This document shows positions 38,825 through 47,310 of a stretch of 64,000 bases of DNA, piece after piece. Source of the DNA: an uncultured Gallionellaceae bacterium (GTDB lineage: Bacteria; Pseudomonadota; Gammaproteobacteria; Burkholderiales; Gallionellaceae); NCBI GenBank assembly GCA_964480365.1, contig CAYZPM010000019.1:5464-69463 (forward strand), given 5' to 3'. The position numbers and the translations under genes are program-made. Every line of letters starts with the position of its first letter. Position 1 is the stretch's first letter. The notes under the pieces are model-generated. The model had not been told where the DNA came from and did no database searches. It worked only from the letters and a program-made list of their open reading frames with translations.

Positions 38825-39564
38825 TGTCCTTGCAACATGAGTTGGGTTTCGCGCGAATCGGGAAAGCGTTTGCGCAATTGCAGCACATAACTTTCCTCTG
38901 CATTTCTGTCGCCCAGTTTACGCTCGATGCGCACCGCCAGCCACAGGTTCTCGGCAGTCAAATTGGAGCCACCCTGCGCAAAACGCGTGAAATTGGATTT
39001 TGCTGCCGCATAGTCGCCATTGGCAAAATCAAGTTCGGCCATCTCCAACTGTGCTTCCGGCATACCGGGTTGAAGGAGCAGCGCCTTTTGCAGAAATTCC
39101 TCGGCGTCCTTCATTTCGCCCACTTTTCTGGAACACACGCCGGCATTCAGATAAGCCTTTTCCGGCGTCGTATACAAAGGATTTTTCAGCGCAACCAGAA
39201 ACTGTTTTACGGACTCGCGTTCGTGCCCGTGCTGGCACAAGAACCAACCGTAGTCGTTGTGCGCTTCCGAATTGTCGCTGTCCAAACGCAGGCTATGCTG
39301 AAAATCCTCTTCCGCTTCCGTGTCTTCGCGCAACGCCATGTGCACCCGTCCACGCACATCATAGGCAAGTGCGTAATCGGGTTCGGCAAGCAGCGCCTTG
39401 CGTAATTCATCCAGCGCCACGCCAAGCTGGCCACGTTCGTAATATAGCTCGGCCAGTTCAGTGTGTATCTTGGCACGGGCCTGCGAACGGGTGGTCTCGC
39501 TGCTTTTTTGCGAGACGCATCCAACTAAAACCAGCACTAGCAAAAAAATCCCGAGCAGCCTCAT
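38821..39564 (-). CDS. pilW: type IV pilus biogenesis/stability lipoprotein PilW (TPR)
   Basis: Lipobox LVGCVS and TPR repeats. Canonical betaproteobacterial position between rlmN and rodZ, with 4-nt overlaps on both sides. Confidence 0.8.
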   Translation of the reverse strand: MRLLGIFLLVLVLVGCVSQKSSETTRSQARAKIHTELAELYYERGQLGVALDELRKALLAEPDYALAYDVRGRVHMALREDTEAEEDFQHSLRLDSDNSEAHNDYGWFLCQHGHERESVKQFLVALKNPLYTTPEKAYLNAGVCSRKVGEMKDAEEFLQKALLLQPGMPEAQLEMAELDFANGDYAAAKSNFTRFAQGGSNLTAENLWLAVRIERKLGDRNAEESYVLQLRKRFPDSRETQLMLQGQ

Positions 39565-40667
39565 GCGCGAACCTCCTTAAAGTGATGCACTCTCTTTGTT
39601 TTATCCTGCACCTGTCCGGCCAGTTGTCCGCAGGCCGCCGCGATGTCGTCGCCGCGCACCTTGCGCGTGGTGGTCACGATGTCGGCCTGCATCAGCACGT
39701 CGCGAAAACGGCGCACTGCCTCCGTACCGGAGCGTTTGTACGGTGCTTGCGGAAACGGGTTGAACGGAATCAGGTTGAACTTGCATGGCACGTCGCGCAC
39801 CAGCGCGACTAACTCGCGCGCATCTCTTTCGCTGTCGTTCACGCCTTCCAGCATCACGTACTCGAAGGTGACAAAATCGCGCGGCGCTTTTTCCAGGTAG
39901 CGCTGGCAGGCTGCCATCAATTCGCGCAGTGGATATTTTTGGTTTACCGGCACCAGCACGTTGCGCAGCGAATCGTTCGGCGCATGCAGCGACACCGCCA
40001 GCGCCACCGGACATTCCTCGCGCAAGCGATCCATCGCCGGAACGATGCCGGAAGTCGAAACCGTAACGCGGCGGCGCGACAGACCGTAGGCGTTGTCATC
40101 CAGCATCAGGTGCAGCGCGCTTACCGTGTTATCGAGATTCAGCAGCGGCTCGCCCATGCCCATCATCACCACGTTGGTGACCGGCCAATTGCCCTGAGCC
40201 TGCCCTGAGCCTGCCGAAGGGGCATCCCTGCCGACTTCGCGGTTCGCCCACCACAGTTGTCCGATGATTTCCGCCGTGGAAAGATTGCGGTTGAAGCCTT
40301 GCTTGCCGGTGGAACAGAAGGCGCAGTCCAGCGCGCAACCGGCCTGGGTGGAAACGCACAAAGTCCCCCTGTCCGTCTCCGGAATATACACGGTTTCCAC
40401 CGCGTTGCCCGTACCCACGTCCAGCAACCACTTGCGCGTGCCATCCGCAGACAACTCCTCACGCATCACTTTGGGTGCTTGCACACAGGCTGTTGCCTTC
40501 AATTTGCTGCGTAGCGATAGCGCCAGATCGCTCATCGCATCGAAATCGGCCTCCCCGGATTTATGCACCCAGCGCAATACCTGGCGTGCACGAAAGGGCT
40601 TCTCGCCCATTTCCGCGAACCACCCAGTCAGTTGCTGTGCATCGAAATTAAGGAGGTTTTCTGCCAT
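39561..40667 (-). CDS. rlmN: 23S rRNA/tRNA (adenine-C2)-methyltransferase RlmN (radical SAM)
   Basis: [35 protein letters not shown], radical-SAM CALDCAFC, and [13 protein letters not shown]. Start 40667 is chosen by N-terminal resemblance to other RlmN. The ORF-track start 40700 would overlap ndk. Confidence 0.9.
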   Translation of the reverse strand: MAENLLNFDAQQLTGWFAEMGEKPFRARQVLRWVHKSGEADFDAMSDLALSLRSKLKATACVQAPKVMREELSADGTRKWLLDVGTGNAVETVYIPETDRGTLCVSTQAGCALDCAFCSTGKQGFNRNLSTAEIIGQLWWANREVGRDAPSAGSGQAQGNWPVTNVVMMGMGEPLLNLDNTVSALHLMLDDNAYGLSRRRVTVSTSGIVPAMDRLREECPVALAVSLHAPNDSLRNVLVPVNQKYPLRELMAACQRYLEKAPRDFVTFEYVMLEGVNDSERDARELVALVRDVPCKFNLIPFNPFPQAPYKRSGTEAVRRFRDVLMQADIVTTTRKVRGDDIAAACGQLAGQVQDKTKRVHHFKEVRA

Positions 40668-40683
40668 TAGCTTTTTTTTGGCA

Positions 40684-41109
40684 TTAACGCGAATAGACAT
40701 TCATGCTGGGGAAAAAATAGGCGATCTCAACCGCAGCCGCTTCGGGTGCATCGGAACCATGCACCGCATTGGCATCAATGCTATCGGCGAAATCGGCGCG
40801 GATGGTGCCCTTGTCGGCCTTCTTGGGATCGGTTGCACCCATCAGATCGCGGTTCTTCAAAATCGCGCCTTCGCCTTCCAAGGCCTGCACCATCACCGGG
40901 CCGGAGATCATGAAATCCACTAGATCCTTGAAAAATGGGCGTGCGCGATGTACGGCATAAAATCCTTCGGCTTCTGCACGCGACAGATGCACCATACGTG
41001 CGGCGATCACTTTCAGGCCGGCTTGCTCGAAGCGGGTGTAAATTTGACCGATGACATTTTTGGCAACAGCATCGGGTTTGATAATGGACAGGGTACGTTC
41101 AACGGCCAT
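40684..41109 (-). CDS. ndk: nucleoside-diphosphate kinase
   Basis: [15 protein letters not shown]...[13 protein letters not shown] 41109 follows a GGAGA RBS. Confidence 0.95.
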   Translation of the reverse strand: MAVERTLSIIKPDAVAKNVIGQIYTRFEQAGLKVIAARMVHLSRAEAEGFYAVHRARPFFKDLVDFMISGPVMVQALEGEGAILKNRDLMGATDPKKADKGTIRADFADSIDANAVHGSDAPEAAAVEIAYFFPSMNVYSR

Positions 41110-41457
41110 GCTACTTTCTCCAAACATATAAAGTTAATCAAAAAATCAGCTTGTCATTTTATCAGGCTTTGCGCCCGATGTCGCCCGTAACATAGGTCTG
41201 GACAAGCCTGACGCAGCAACAGAATGTTTACTTTTGCCGGTCGAGGATGCAATTCCCCCCCTCTGCACCAAATATCTTGTTGTGTGCGTTACCGCACCGT
41301 ACCGCAGAATTTGTGGGCGTAGTGTGAGACATAGTTGGCAGCAAACTGTTTCACGCCTTGAATGAAATCACATGGTAAGTGTTGTCACGATCCCAATCAT
41401 CCAGGATGCATCAAGATGGATATTGCATGGATTATCACAATGTTAGGAGATATAGTC

Positions 41458-42408
41458 ATGAAGTTGGTTGATCCGGTGCGTTACATAAAACTCGCGTCTT
41501 CGGGAAAGTTGCCCTCCCCTCAAGGTTTGGCTTTAGCTATCACCAGATTGCTGCAACATGATGATTACAAAATCGAAGATCTGGTCAGATTGGTTCAGTC
41601 TGATCCGGCGCTTGCGGGTGAACTACTGAAATTTTCAAATGCAGCCTCCTTTGGACATAACCGTCCAATTGTTTCAATCTCGCAAGCCGTCATCACGCTC
41701 GGCACTCACCGGGTTGGCGTTCTTGTTCTCGCTCTCTCTGTGCTACATAGCAATCGTGGCGGTCATTGTCGGCAATTCGACTATGGGCGATTCTGGTCAC
41801 ATGCCTTGGCGACCGCCATTTCAGCACAGGCATTATCTTCTTTTGCCAAGATTAACGCTGATGATAACTTTACTGCGGGACTGTTGTGTAGTGTTGGAGA
41901 ATTGGCGCTGGCGTCTATTTTCCCCGAACGCTATGGTGAAATTATTTCCATGTCCGATGATAACCTCCTCAAACGAGTCGCATTAGAGCACGAGGCCTTT
42001 GATGTCGACCACCGTGAACTGACTGCCACAATGCTGCTGGAATGGGGGTTGCCAAGAGTGTTGGTAACGGCGATTTATCATTGCGAAGCCCCGGATGAGG
42101 CGGAATTTCCGGAAGGTTCACGGATTCATGGATTAACATTATCCCTGCACGTCGCACTTGTCTTGGCAGACATCTTGATTGCCGAGGAAGGAGTCCAACT
42201 GGAAATATTGCTGAATCTGTTTGCTAAAACGGCTCGAATGGGAATCAGCGCAGAAGAATTGAGTTCGATGGCAGATGGCATCATCACAAGTTGGCTCGAA
42301 TGGGGTGCGCTATTAAAAATTCAGACCCGTAAAATCCCTTCGTTTGCAGACTTGCTCGCATCATTTCAGTTTAGAGAGCAAGGTGCTTCATCACTGGCGA
42401 CAGGCTAG
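41458..42408 (+). CDS. stand-alone HDOD domain protein (paralogue of the N-terminal 310 aa of 34611..36506)
   Basis: MKLVDPVRYIKLASSGKLPSPQGLALAITRLL...LVQSDPALAGELLKFSNAASFG. Colinear with the other HDOD over its full length, roughly three quarters identical by eye. ATG 41458 follows AGGAGATATAGTC. Confidence 0.85.
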   Translation: MKLVDPVRYIKLASSGKLPSPQGLALAITRLLQHDDYKIEDLVRLVQSDPALAGELLKFSNAASFGHNRPIVSISQAVITLGTHRVGVLVLALSVLHSNRGGHCRQFDYGRFWSHALATAISAQALSSFAKINADDNFTAGLLCSVGELALASIFPERYGEIISMSDDNLLKRVALEHEAFDVDHRELTATMLLEWGLPRVLVTAIYHCEAPDEAEFPEGSRIHGLTLSLHVALVLADILIAEEGVQLEILLNLFAKTARMGISAEELSSMADGIITSWLEWGALLKIQTRKIPSFADLLASFQFREQGASSLATG

Positions 42409-42602
42409 GTTGCCAGTATATTTATAATTTGTTTTGCAAATCCGGGGGTCGAATGTCATGCGCTATTCTTTTCTTGTAGTAGCTTTCTTGGATGTTCTGG
42501 TAGGATATGCAAGTGTTATTAATTATCCTAGTGTTGCAGTGATGTTTGCTCCGGGTAGTTATAGTCTAGAAACTTGATTTTTTCGTCTCAGGTATTGTTC
42601 AA

Positions 42603-44063
42603 ATGGATCGCACGATTACTCCCCCCGATATATTTCCATGGAATACAAAATTCGAAACTGGCATAACCGTTATTGACGAACAACATCACCGGCTTGTCGA
42701 TCTGTTGAATAAGCTGGTTCGTAGTTTGGCTTATGAGGCAGATACGCAGGAACTGAATTATGTGTTCGAGGAGTTGAACGACTACACCTTAATGCACTTC
42801 AAGTCCGAAGAAGGCATTTGGAAAAAATATCTACCCGAAGATGAATTGTCGATTGAGCACGAGATAACGCATCGGGACTTTGTCACTGAAGTGGGAATCC
42901 TTAGGGGAAAAAAAGATTTTCTTGCAAGCGAGAAAGTAATTGAGGAGATCGTATTATTTCTTACGCACTGGCTAGCCTTTCATATTCTTGAGGCTGACAG
43001 GCATATGGCAAAAATCGTGCTTTCCGTACAACAAGGTATGGCTTTGCCAGACGCCAAGGAAAAAGCTCATATGGAAATGAGCGGTGCCATGCGGGTGCTT
43101 ATAGAAACGATTCTCAACATGTATGACACTTTGTCATCGCGCACTTTGCAACTGATGCGCGAGATCGCGGAACGTCAGCGCGTTGAAGACAGATTGCGTT
43201 TATCCAGAAAAGCTATAGAAAGCACGCTTGAATCGATATTCATTACAGATGCAAGCGGCAAGATCATAGATACCAACCCATCGTTCTGCCTTGATGTACA
43301 ACAGGAGCATGAACAGATCGTCGGGATGGACATCCGGAAAATTAAGCCTGGATTATTCGGTCTCAATAAAACGGATGAAATCTGGAAAACAGCGACTGAA
43401 AGCGGTCATTGGGCAGGCGAAACCGTCTGGCGTGATGACTGCGGGGAAGTTGAGGGAGCGTGGCTCGCTCTTTCTGCAGTCAAAGACAATCATGGTGTCA
43501 TCACTCATTACGTTGGTGTAGTGTCGTCCATGACACAATTGGTCAAGCGCCAGCACATTCTGGAAGATGAAGCCAATCATGATGCCTTAACCGGCCTGCC
43601 TAACCGTCGAGTTTTACATGACCGACTCAATCAAGCGGTCATACGTAGCAATCGCAGCGGCAAAATATTGGCTGTGTGCTATCTGGATCTGGATGGTTTT
43701 AAGAAAATAAACGACTCACTTGGACATGACGCTGGAGACGATGTATTGCGTCTAATTTCTGGCCGAATGAGCAAAGCACTTCGCGGTGAAGATACGGTTG
43801 TCCGACTTGGCGGGGATGAATTCGTTTTGCTGTTGGGTAATCTGGATAATGATGTCGATGCTGAACAATTGCTAAACAGGCTGTTGCAGGATATTGCTCA
43901 ACCTATTTTGCTACATGGAGTTCCTACCGGAGTCACCGTAAGTATTGGAGTTGCACTCTACCCAAGAACTCAGGGAACCTCCGAGCAGTTGCTTAAACAC
44001 GCCGACGAAGCGATGCTTGCTGCGAAAAGGGCTGGAAAATCGCGCTACCATTTTTTCCAATAA
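42603..44063 (+). CDS. bacteriohemerythrin - PAS - GGDEF diguanylate cyclase
   Basis: Hemerythrin-like N-terminus FPWNTKFETGITVIDEQHHRLVDLLN...HFKSEE...HWLAFHI. Then a PAS domain, then GGDEF with an I-site (RGEDTVVRLGGDEF). Confidence 0.85.
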   Translation: MDRTITPPDIFPWNTKFETGITVIDEQHHRLVDLLNKLVRSLAYEADTQELNYVFEELNDYTLMHFKSEEGIWKKYLPEDELSIEHEITHRDFVTEVGILRGKKDFLASEKVIEEIVLFLTHWLAFHILEADRHMAKIVLSVQQGMALPDAKEKAHMEMSGAMRVLIETILNMYDTLSSRTLQLMREIAERQRVEDRLRLSRKAIESTLESIFITDASGKIIDTNPSFCLDVQQEHEQIVGMDIRKIKPGLFGLNKTDEIWKTATESGHWAGETVWRDDCGEVEGAWLALSAVKDNHGVITHYVGVVSSMTQLVKRQHILEDEANHDALTGLPNRRVLHDRLNQAVIRSNRSGKILAVCYLDLDGFKKINDSLGHDAGDDVLRLISGRMSKALRGEDTVVRLGGDEFVLLLGNLDNDVDAEQLLNRLLQDIAQPILLHGVPTGVTVSIGVALYPRTQGTSEQLLKHADEAMLAAKRAGKSRYHFFQ

Positions 44064-44116
44064 CCGATATATTTTTGGAGCGTACCTTCGAATATTTTCT
44101 CTTGCTTCTGCTTCAT

Positions 44117-46180
44117 TTACTCTGGCCTTTCCCCCTTTTCCACAAACTCCAGCGCCCCATCCAGCGTACTCATAAATTCATCGATCTTGATTGGTTTGGT
44201 GAGATAACGGAAAAATCCAGCCTCTAGTCCATTCTCGATATCGCGGAGCATGGCATTGGCACTAAGGGCAATGATGGGGATGTGCCTCGTCGTCTCGTCT
44301 TTGCGCAGGATATTCATGGCTTCGATTCCGCTGATATCAGGCAGATTGATATCCATCAGGATCACATCCGGGTGGTGCGCGCGCGCAAGCGCTACACCCT
44401 GATTGCCATCGCGCGCGCTCAACATGCTTACATGTGGGTGATCCTCGATTATTTGCTCTATCAGCATCAGGTTAGCCGGATTGTCTTCCACATAGAGCAG
44501 AATGCGCTCCCCAGAATTTTCATGAACTTTCGGCGAAAGTTCTGCGGGGATGGTATTTTCAACAGCGGGTTGCGGCTTCTCGGCCCGAAGCAGTTCGACC
44601 CAGAATTCGCTGCCCACTCCGACGGTGCTTTCCACCCCGATTGTGCCCCCCATCAATTCGACCAGTCGCCTCGTAACCACCAAGCCAATGCCCGTCCCTT
44701 CTTCGGTGCCGTTTTCTTGTCCGAGACGATTGAACGGCTGAAATAGTTGCGCCAGTTTTTCCTGAGACAATCCCACACCGCTGTCTTTGATACTGATGCG
44801 TATGCGTCCGGATGTGCTCTCGGCATATTTCACCTCGACCGTTCCGTGCTCGCTGTTGTATTTGATCGCGTTGGAAATCAGGTTGATCAAAACTTGCTTC
44901 AGCCGGATTCGATCAGCACTGACAAAGCAAGGCACCTCGAACTGGGGAAATGTCAGTTTTATATCATGTTTTTGTGCCTGTGGTTCGATCATGAACCGGC
45001 ATTCGAGCATCACTTTTGCCAGCGACAATGGTTCCTGCAACAGCGTAAGCTTGCCGGACTCGATCACCGCGAGATCGAGAATTTCGTTTATCAGCTCCAA
45101 AAGATACCATCCTGCTTTGAGAATCTGCTGCACCCTTATAGCCTGATTAGCCGTTGGCGGCTGTAAACTGGCCTCCAGCAGTTGGGCAAAGCCGAGGATG
45201 GCGTTCAGGGGCGTGCGCAGTTCATGGCTCATACTGGAAATAAAATCCGATTTGGCCATGTTGGCTTTTTCCGCCACAACTCTGGTGCGTTCCAGCTCGA
45301 CATTCGTTTCCGTCAGCATCTGTTCCATGCGTCTGCGTTCGGTAAAGTCCCGAGTCAGGCTGACAAAACCGCACAGATTGCCGCCCGCGTCCCGCATCGT
45401 CGCAACCACCACATTGGCCCAGTAGGTCGAACCGTCCTTGCGCACCCGCAAGCCCTCGACCTCACACCGTCCCTGGGCTATCACAGTGTCTAGTTCCTGC
45501 TGCGGCTGACCGGAATCAATGTTTTCACGCGGGTAAAATCGGGAAAAATGCTGGCCGATGATTTCCTCCGCACTGTAACCATGAATCCGTTGCGCTCCAC
45601 TATTCCAGTTCTCGACGCGCCCCTCCGTATCCAGCATGATAATGGCGCAGTCGGTCACGCTTTCAACCATCAAGCGCAGACTCACATCGGCCCTGCGCAG
45701 TTGCTCTTGAATCTGGATGCGTTCGGTGATATCGGTAAGCGCGATGCGCATCATGGATGCGTCATCGGATTTCGTTCTCTGGCAATCCAGTTGGGCGTGA
45801 AAGAAAGTATCATCTCTGCGCTGGATCACCAGTTCGCAAGTCTTCCGCCCGACGCGCCGCAATACGTTCAGGTAATGGCTATGCCAGCAATCTCTGTCCT
45901 TGGCGGCGACGAAGCTGTCAAATCGGCGATTGAGCAGGTTTTTGCGCTCCATTCCCAACAGCGCGGCACCGGTGAGATTCACCTCGTCGATCATGCCCTC
46001 GTGTGTGAGGGTGAGGTAACCGATGGGAGCGAATTCATAAAGATCAACATAGCGGTCGCGCGATTCTTCCAAGGCGACATGCGCACGCCGCAACTCCTCG
46101 TTCTGCATTTCCAGCTCAGTCTGCAGCACACGGCGATCATGCCGGAGTTCTTCGTCAGCGCGGGGGGGGGGGCAGCTCAT
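44117..46180 (-). CDS. PAS/PAS hybrid sensor histidine kinase with C-terminal receiver
   Basis: Coiled coil ELEMQNEELRRA and two PAS domains. HisKA H-box is SSMSHELRTPLNAILG. ATPase part is NLISNAIKY...DSGVGL...GTGIGL. Receiver is ILLYVEDNPANL...VILMDINLPDISG. Confidence 0.85.
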   Translation of the reverse strand: MSCPPPRADEELRHDRRVLQTELEMQNEELRRAHVALEESRDRYVDLYEFAPIGYLTLTHEGMIDEVNLTGAALLGMERKNLLNRRFDSFVAAKDRDCWHSHYLNVLRRVGRKTCELVIQRRDDTFFHAQLDCQRTKSDDASMMRIALTDITERIQIQEQLRRADVSLRLMVESVTDCAIIMLDTEGRVENWNSGAQRIHGYSAEEIIGQHFSRFYPRENIDSGQPQQELDTVIAQGRCEVEGLRVRKDGSTYWANVVVATMRDAGGNLCGFVSLTRDFTERRRMEQMLTETNVELERTRVVAEKANMAKSDFISSMSHELRTPLNAILGFAQLLEASLQPPTANQAIRVQQILKAGWYLLELINEILDLAVIESGKLTLLQEPLSLAKVMLECRFMIEPQAQKHDIKLTFPQFEVPCFVSADRIRLKQVLINLISNAIKYNSEHGTVEVKYAESTSGRIRISIKDSGVGLSQEKLAQLFQPFNRLGQENGTEEGTGIGLVVTRRLVELMGGTIGVESTVGVGSEFWVELLRAEKPQPAVENTIPAELSPKVHENSGERILLYVEDNPANLMLIEQIIEDHPHVSMLSARDGNQGVALARAHHPDVILMDINLPDISGIEAMNILRKDETTRHIPIIALSANAMLRDIENGLEAGFFRYLTKPIKIDEFMSTLDGALEFVEKGERPE
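46162..46172 (-). repeat. homopolymeric tract, 11 x C on the coding strand, in codons 3-7 of the histidine kinase
   Basis: ATG AGC TGC CCC CCC CCC CGC. This is the longest homopolymer I saw in the window. Confidence 0.9.
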
Positions 46181-46474
46181 TTTGAATATCGCTCAAGGTA
46201 ATCCCTTCAAAGAGGTTTAGCTAAAATGCTTGGTTAACGCAACTCACAAGTATGTGGTCTCTAACTGGCAGTTTAATCTCTTTAACTGAACACTACAGTT
46301 CATACCCTCGTCCGGGTATAGGTTCGATGCAACTTTCCGCGTTACCTACGCTACAGAAATATAGCACAAAGCACACCCACAACCTGAAAATTCGCACCCT
46401 GAGTCGGACATCCACTTGTTAACTTAGGCGAAGATATCCGGATCGCCATGCGAGGCGAGGGTGGCATTATTCCT

Positions 46475-46490
46475 TAGTCCATTCGGACTA
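46475..46490. promoter_or_regulatory. candidate operator palindrome in the divergent HK / PEP-CTERM intergenic region
   Basis: TAGTCC-ATTC-GGACTA is a perfect inverted repeat. A further half-site TAGTCCGTTC lies at 46539-46548. No binding protein is known. Confidence 0.25.
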
Positions 46491-46689
46491 TATACAGACA
46501 CCAAAACTTAATGTCTTTGACTTAATTTCATGACGAATTTAGTCCGTTCTACCCAGTATAAAAATACAAAACTTTAATGTTGAAAACTTAAAGTAGCGTT
46601 GGACTCAAAGTTTGATTCTGATTGTATTGAACACTCAATGGTTCCCAACATTTCCCAACATTACATTTTAATTTAGAAAGGTTATCGCA

Positions 46690-47259
46690 ATGAAACCCCT
46701 CAAGCTATTTATCTCGGCAACGCTCGCGCTTGCTTCGTTTGCGGCGAACGCCACCACTTATGATTTTTCTTATACCTTCGGCGACCAGCAGCAAGTTACG
46801 GGTTCCTTGATAGGAAATATGGTCGGCTCGTTTATCAACAATATCAGCAATGTTCAGGTTTCTTTAAACGGCGCTCAATTCTCCACCGACACCAGTGGCT
46901 CCTTGTACGCTTTGGCATGGAACCCTACAACCCTCAATTGGGCCAGCACCCCTGCAGTAGTATCCACCAATGCTTCCCTGAATAACTTCATCTTTCAAGA
47001 TGTCAATGATCCTACCGGGAATGGCGTGTCCAACTATTTCGCTATCACCAATGACCCGACCTATGGTTCTGTAGCTATGGCAGTCAACACCAATAACGGC
47101 GCCGTGGCACTTGATGGCGCAAGCTACGGCGCAGCCCCGGTCAATGCGGCAAATTGGTCATTGACAGCAGTGGCAGCCGTTCCAGAACCCGGCGAATGGG
47201 CGCTGATGCTGCTCGGATTCGGCATTACAGGTTTCCTCGCCCGTCGCCGCCAAGGTTGA
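46690..47259 (+). CDS. PEP-CTERM sorting-domain protein (PEPxxWA variant)
   Basis: Signal peptide MKPLKLFISATLALASFAANA. C-terminus is VPEPGEWALMLLGFGITGFLARRRQG. Confidence 0.8.
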   Translation: MKPLKLFISATLALASFAANATTYDFSYTFGDQQQVTGSLIGNMVGSFINNISNVQVSLNGAQFSTDTSGSLYALAWNPTTLNWASTPAVVSTNASLNNFIFQDVNDPTGNGVSNYFAITNDPTYGSVAMAVNTNNGAVALDGASYGAAPVNAANWSLTAVAAVPEPGEWALMLLGFGITGFLARRRQG

Positions 47260-47310
47260 GCGCGGCTCGAATCATCACATTCCTATAAATATAAACTTGG
47301 AGAATCCATC

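Noticed and set aside
40187-40210. 11-bp tandem duplication GCCCTGAGCCT x2 inside rlmN, encoding ..SAGSGQAQG..
   Set aside because: The frame stays open, and the segment maps to a variable loop just before the conserved [10 protein letters not shown] motif. It looks like a harmless lineage-specific insertion rather than a frameshift or a regulatory feature.
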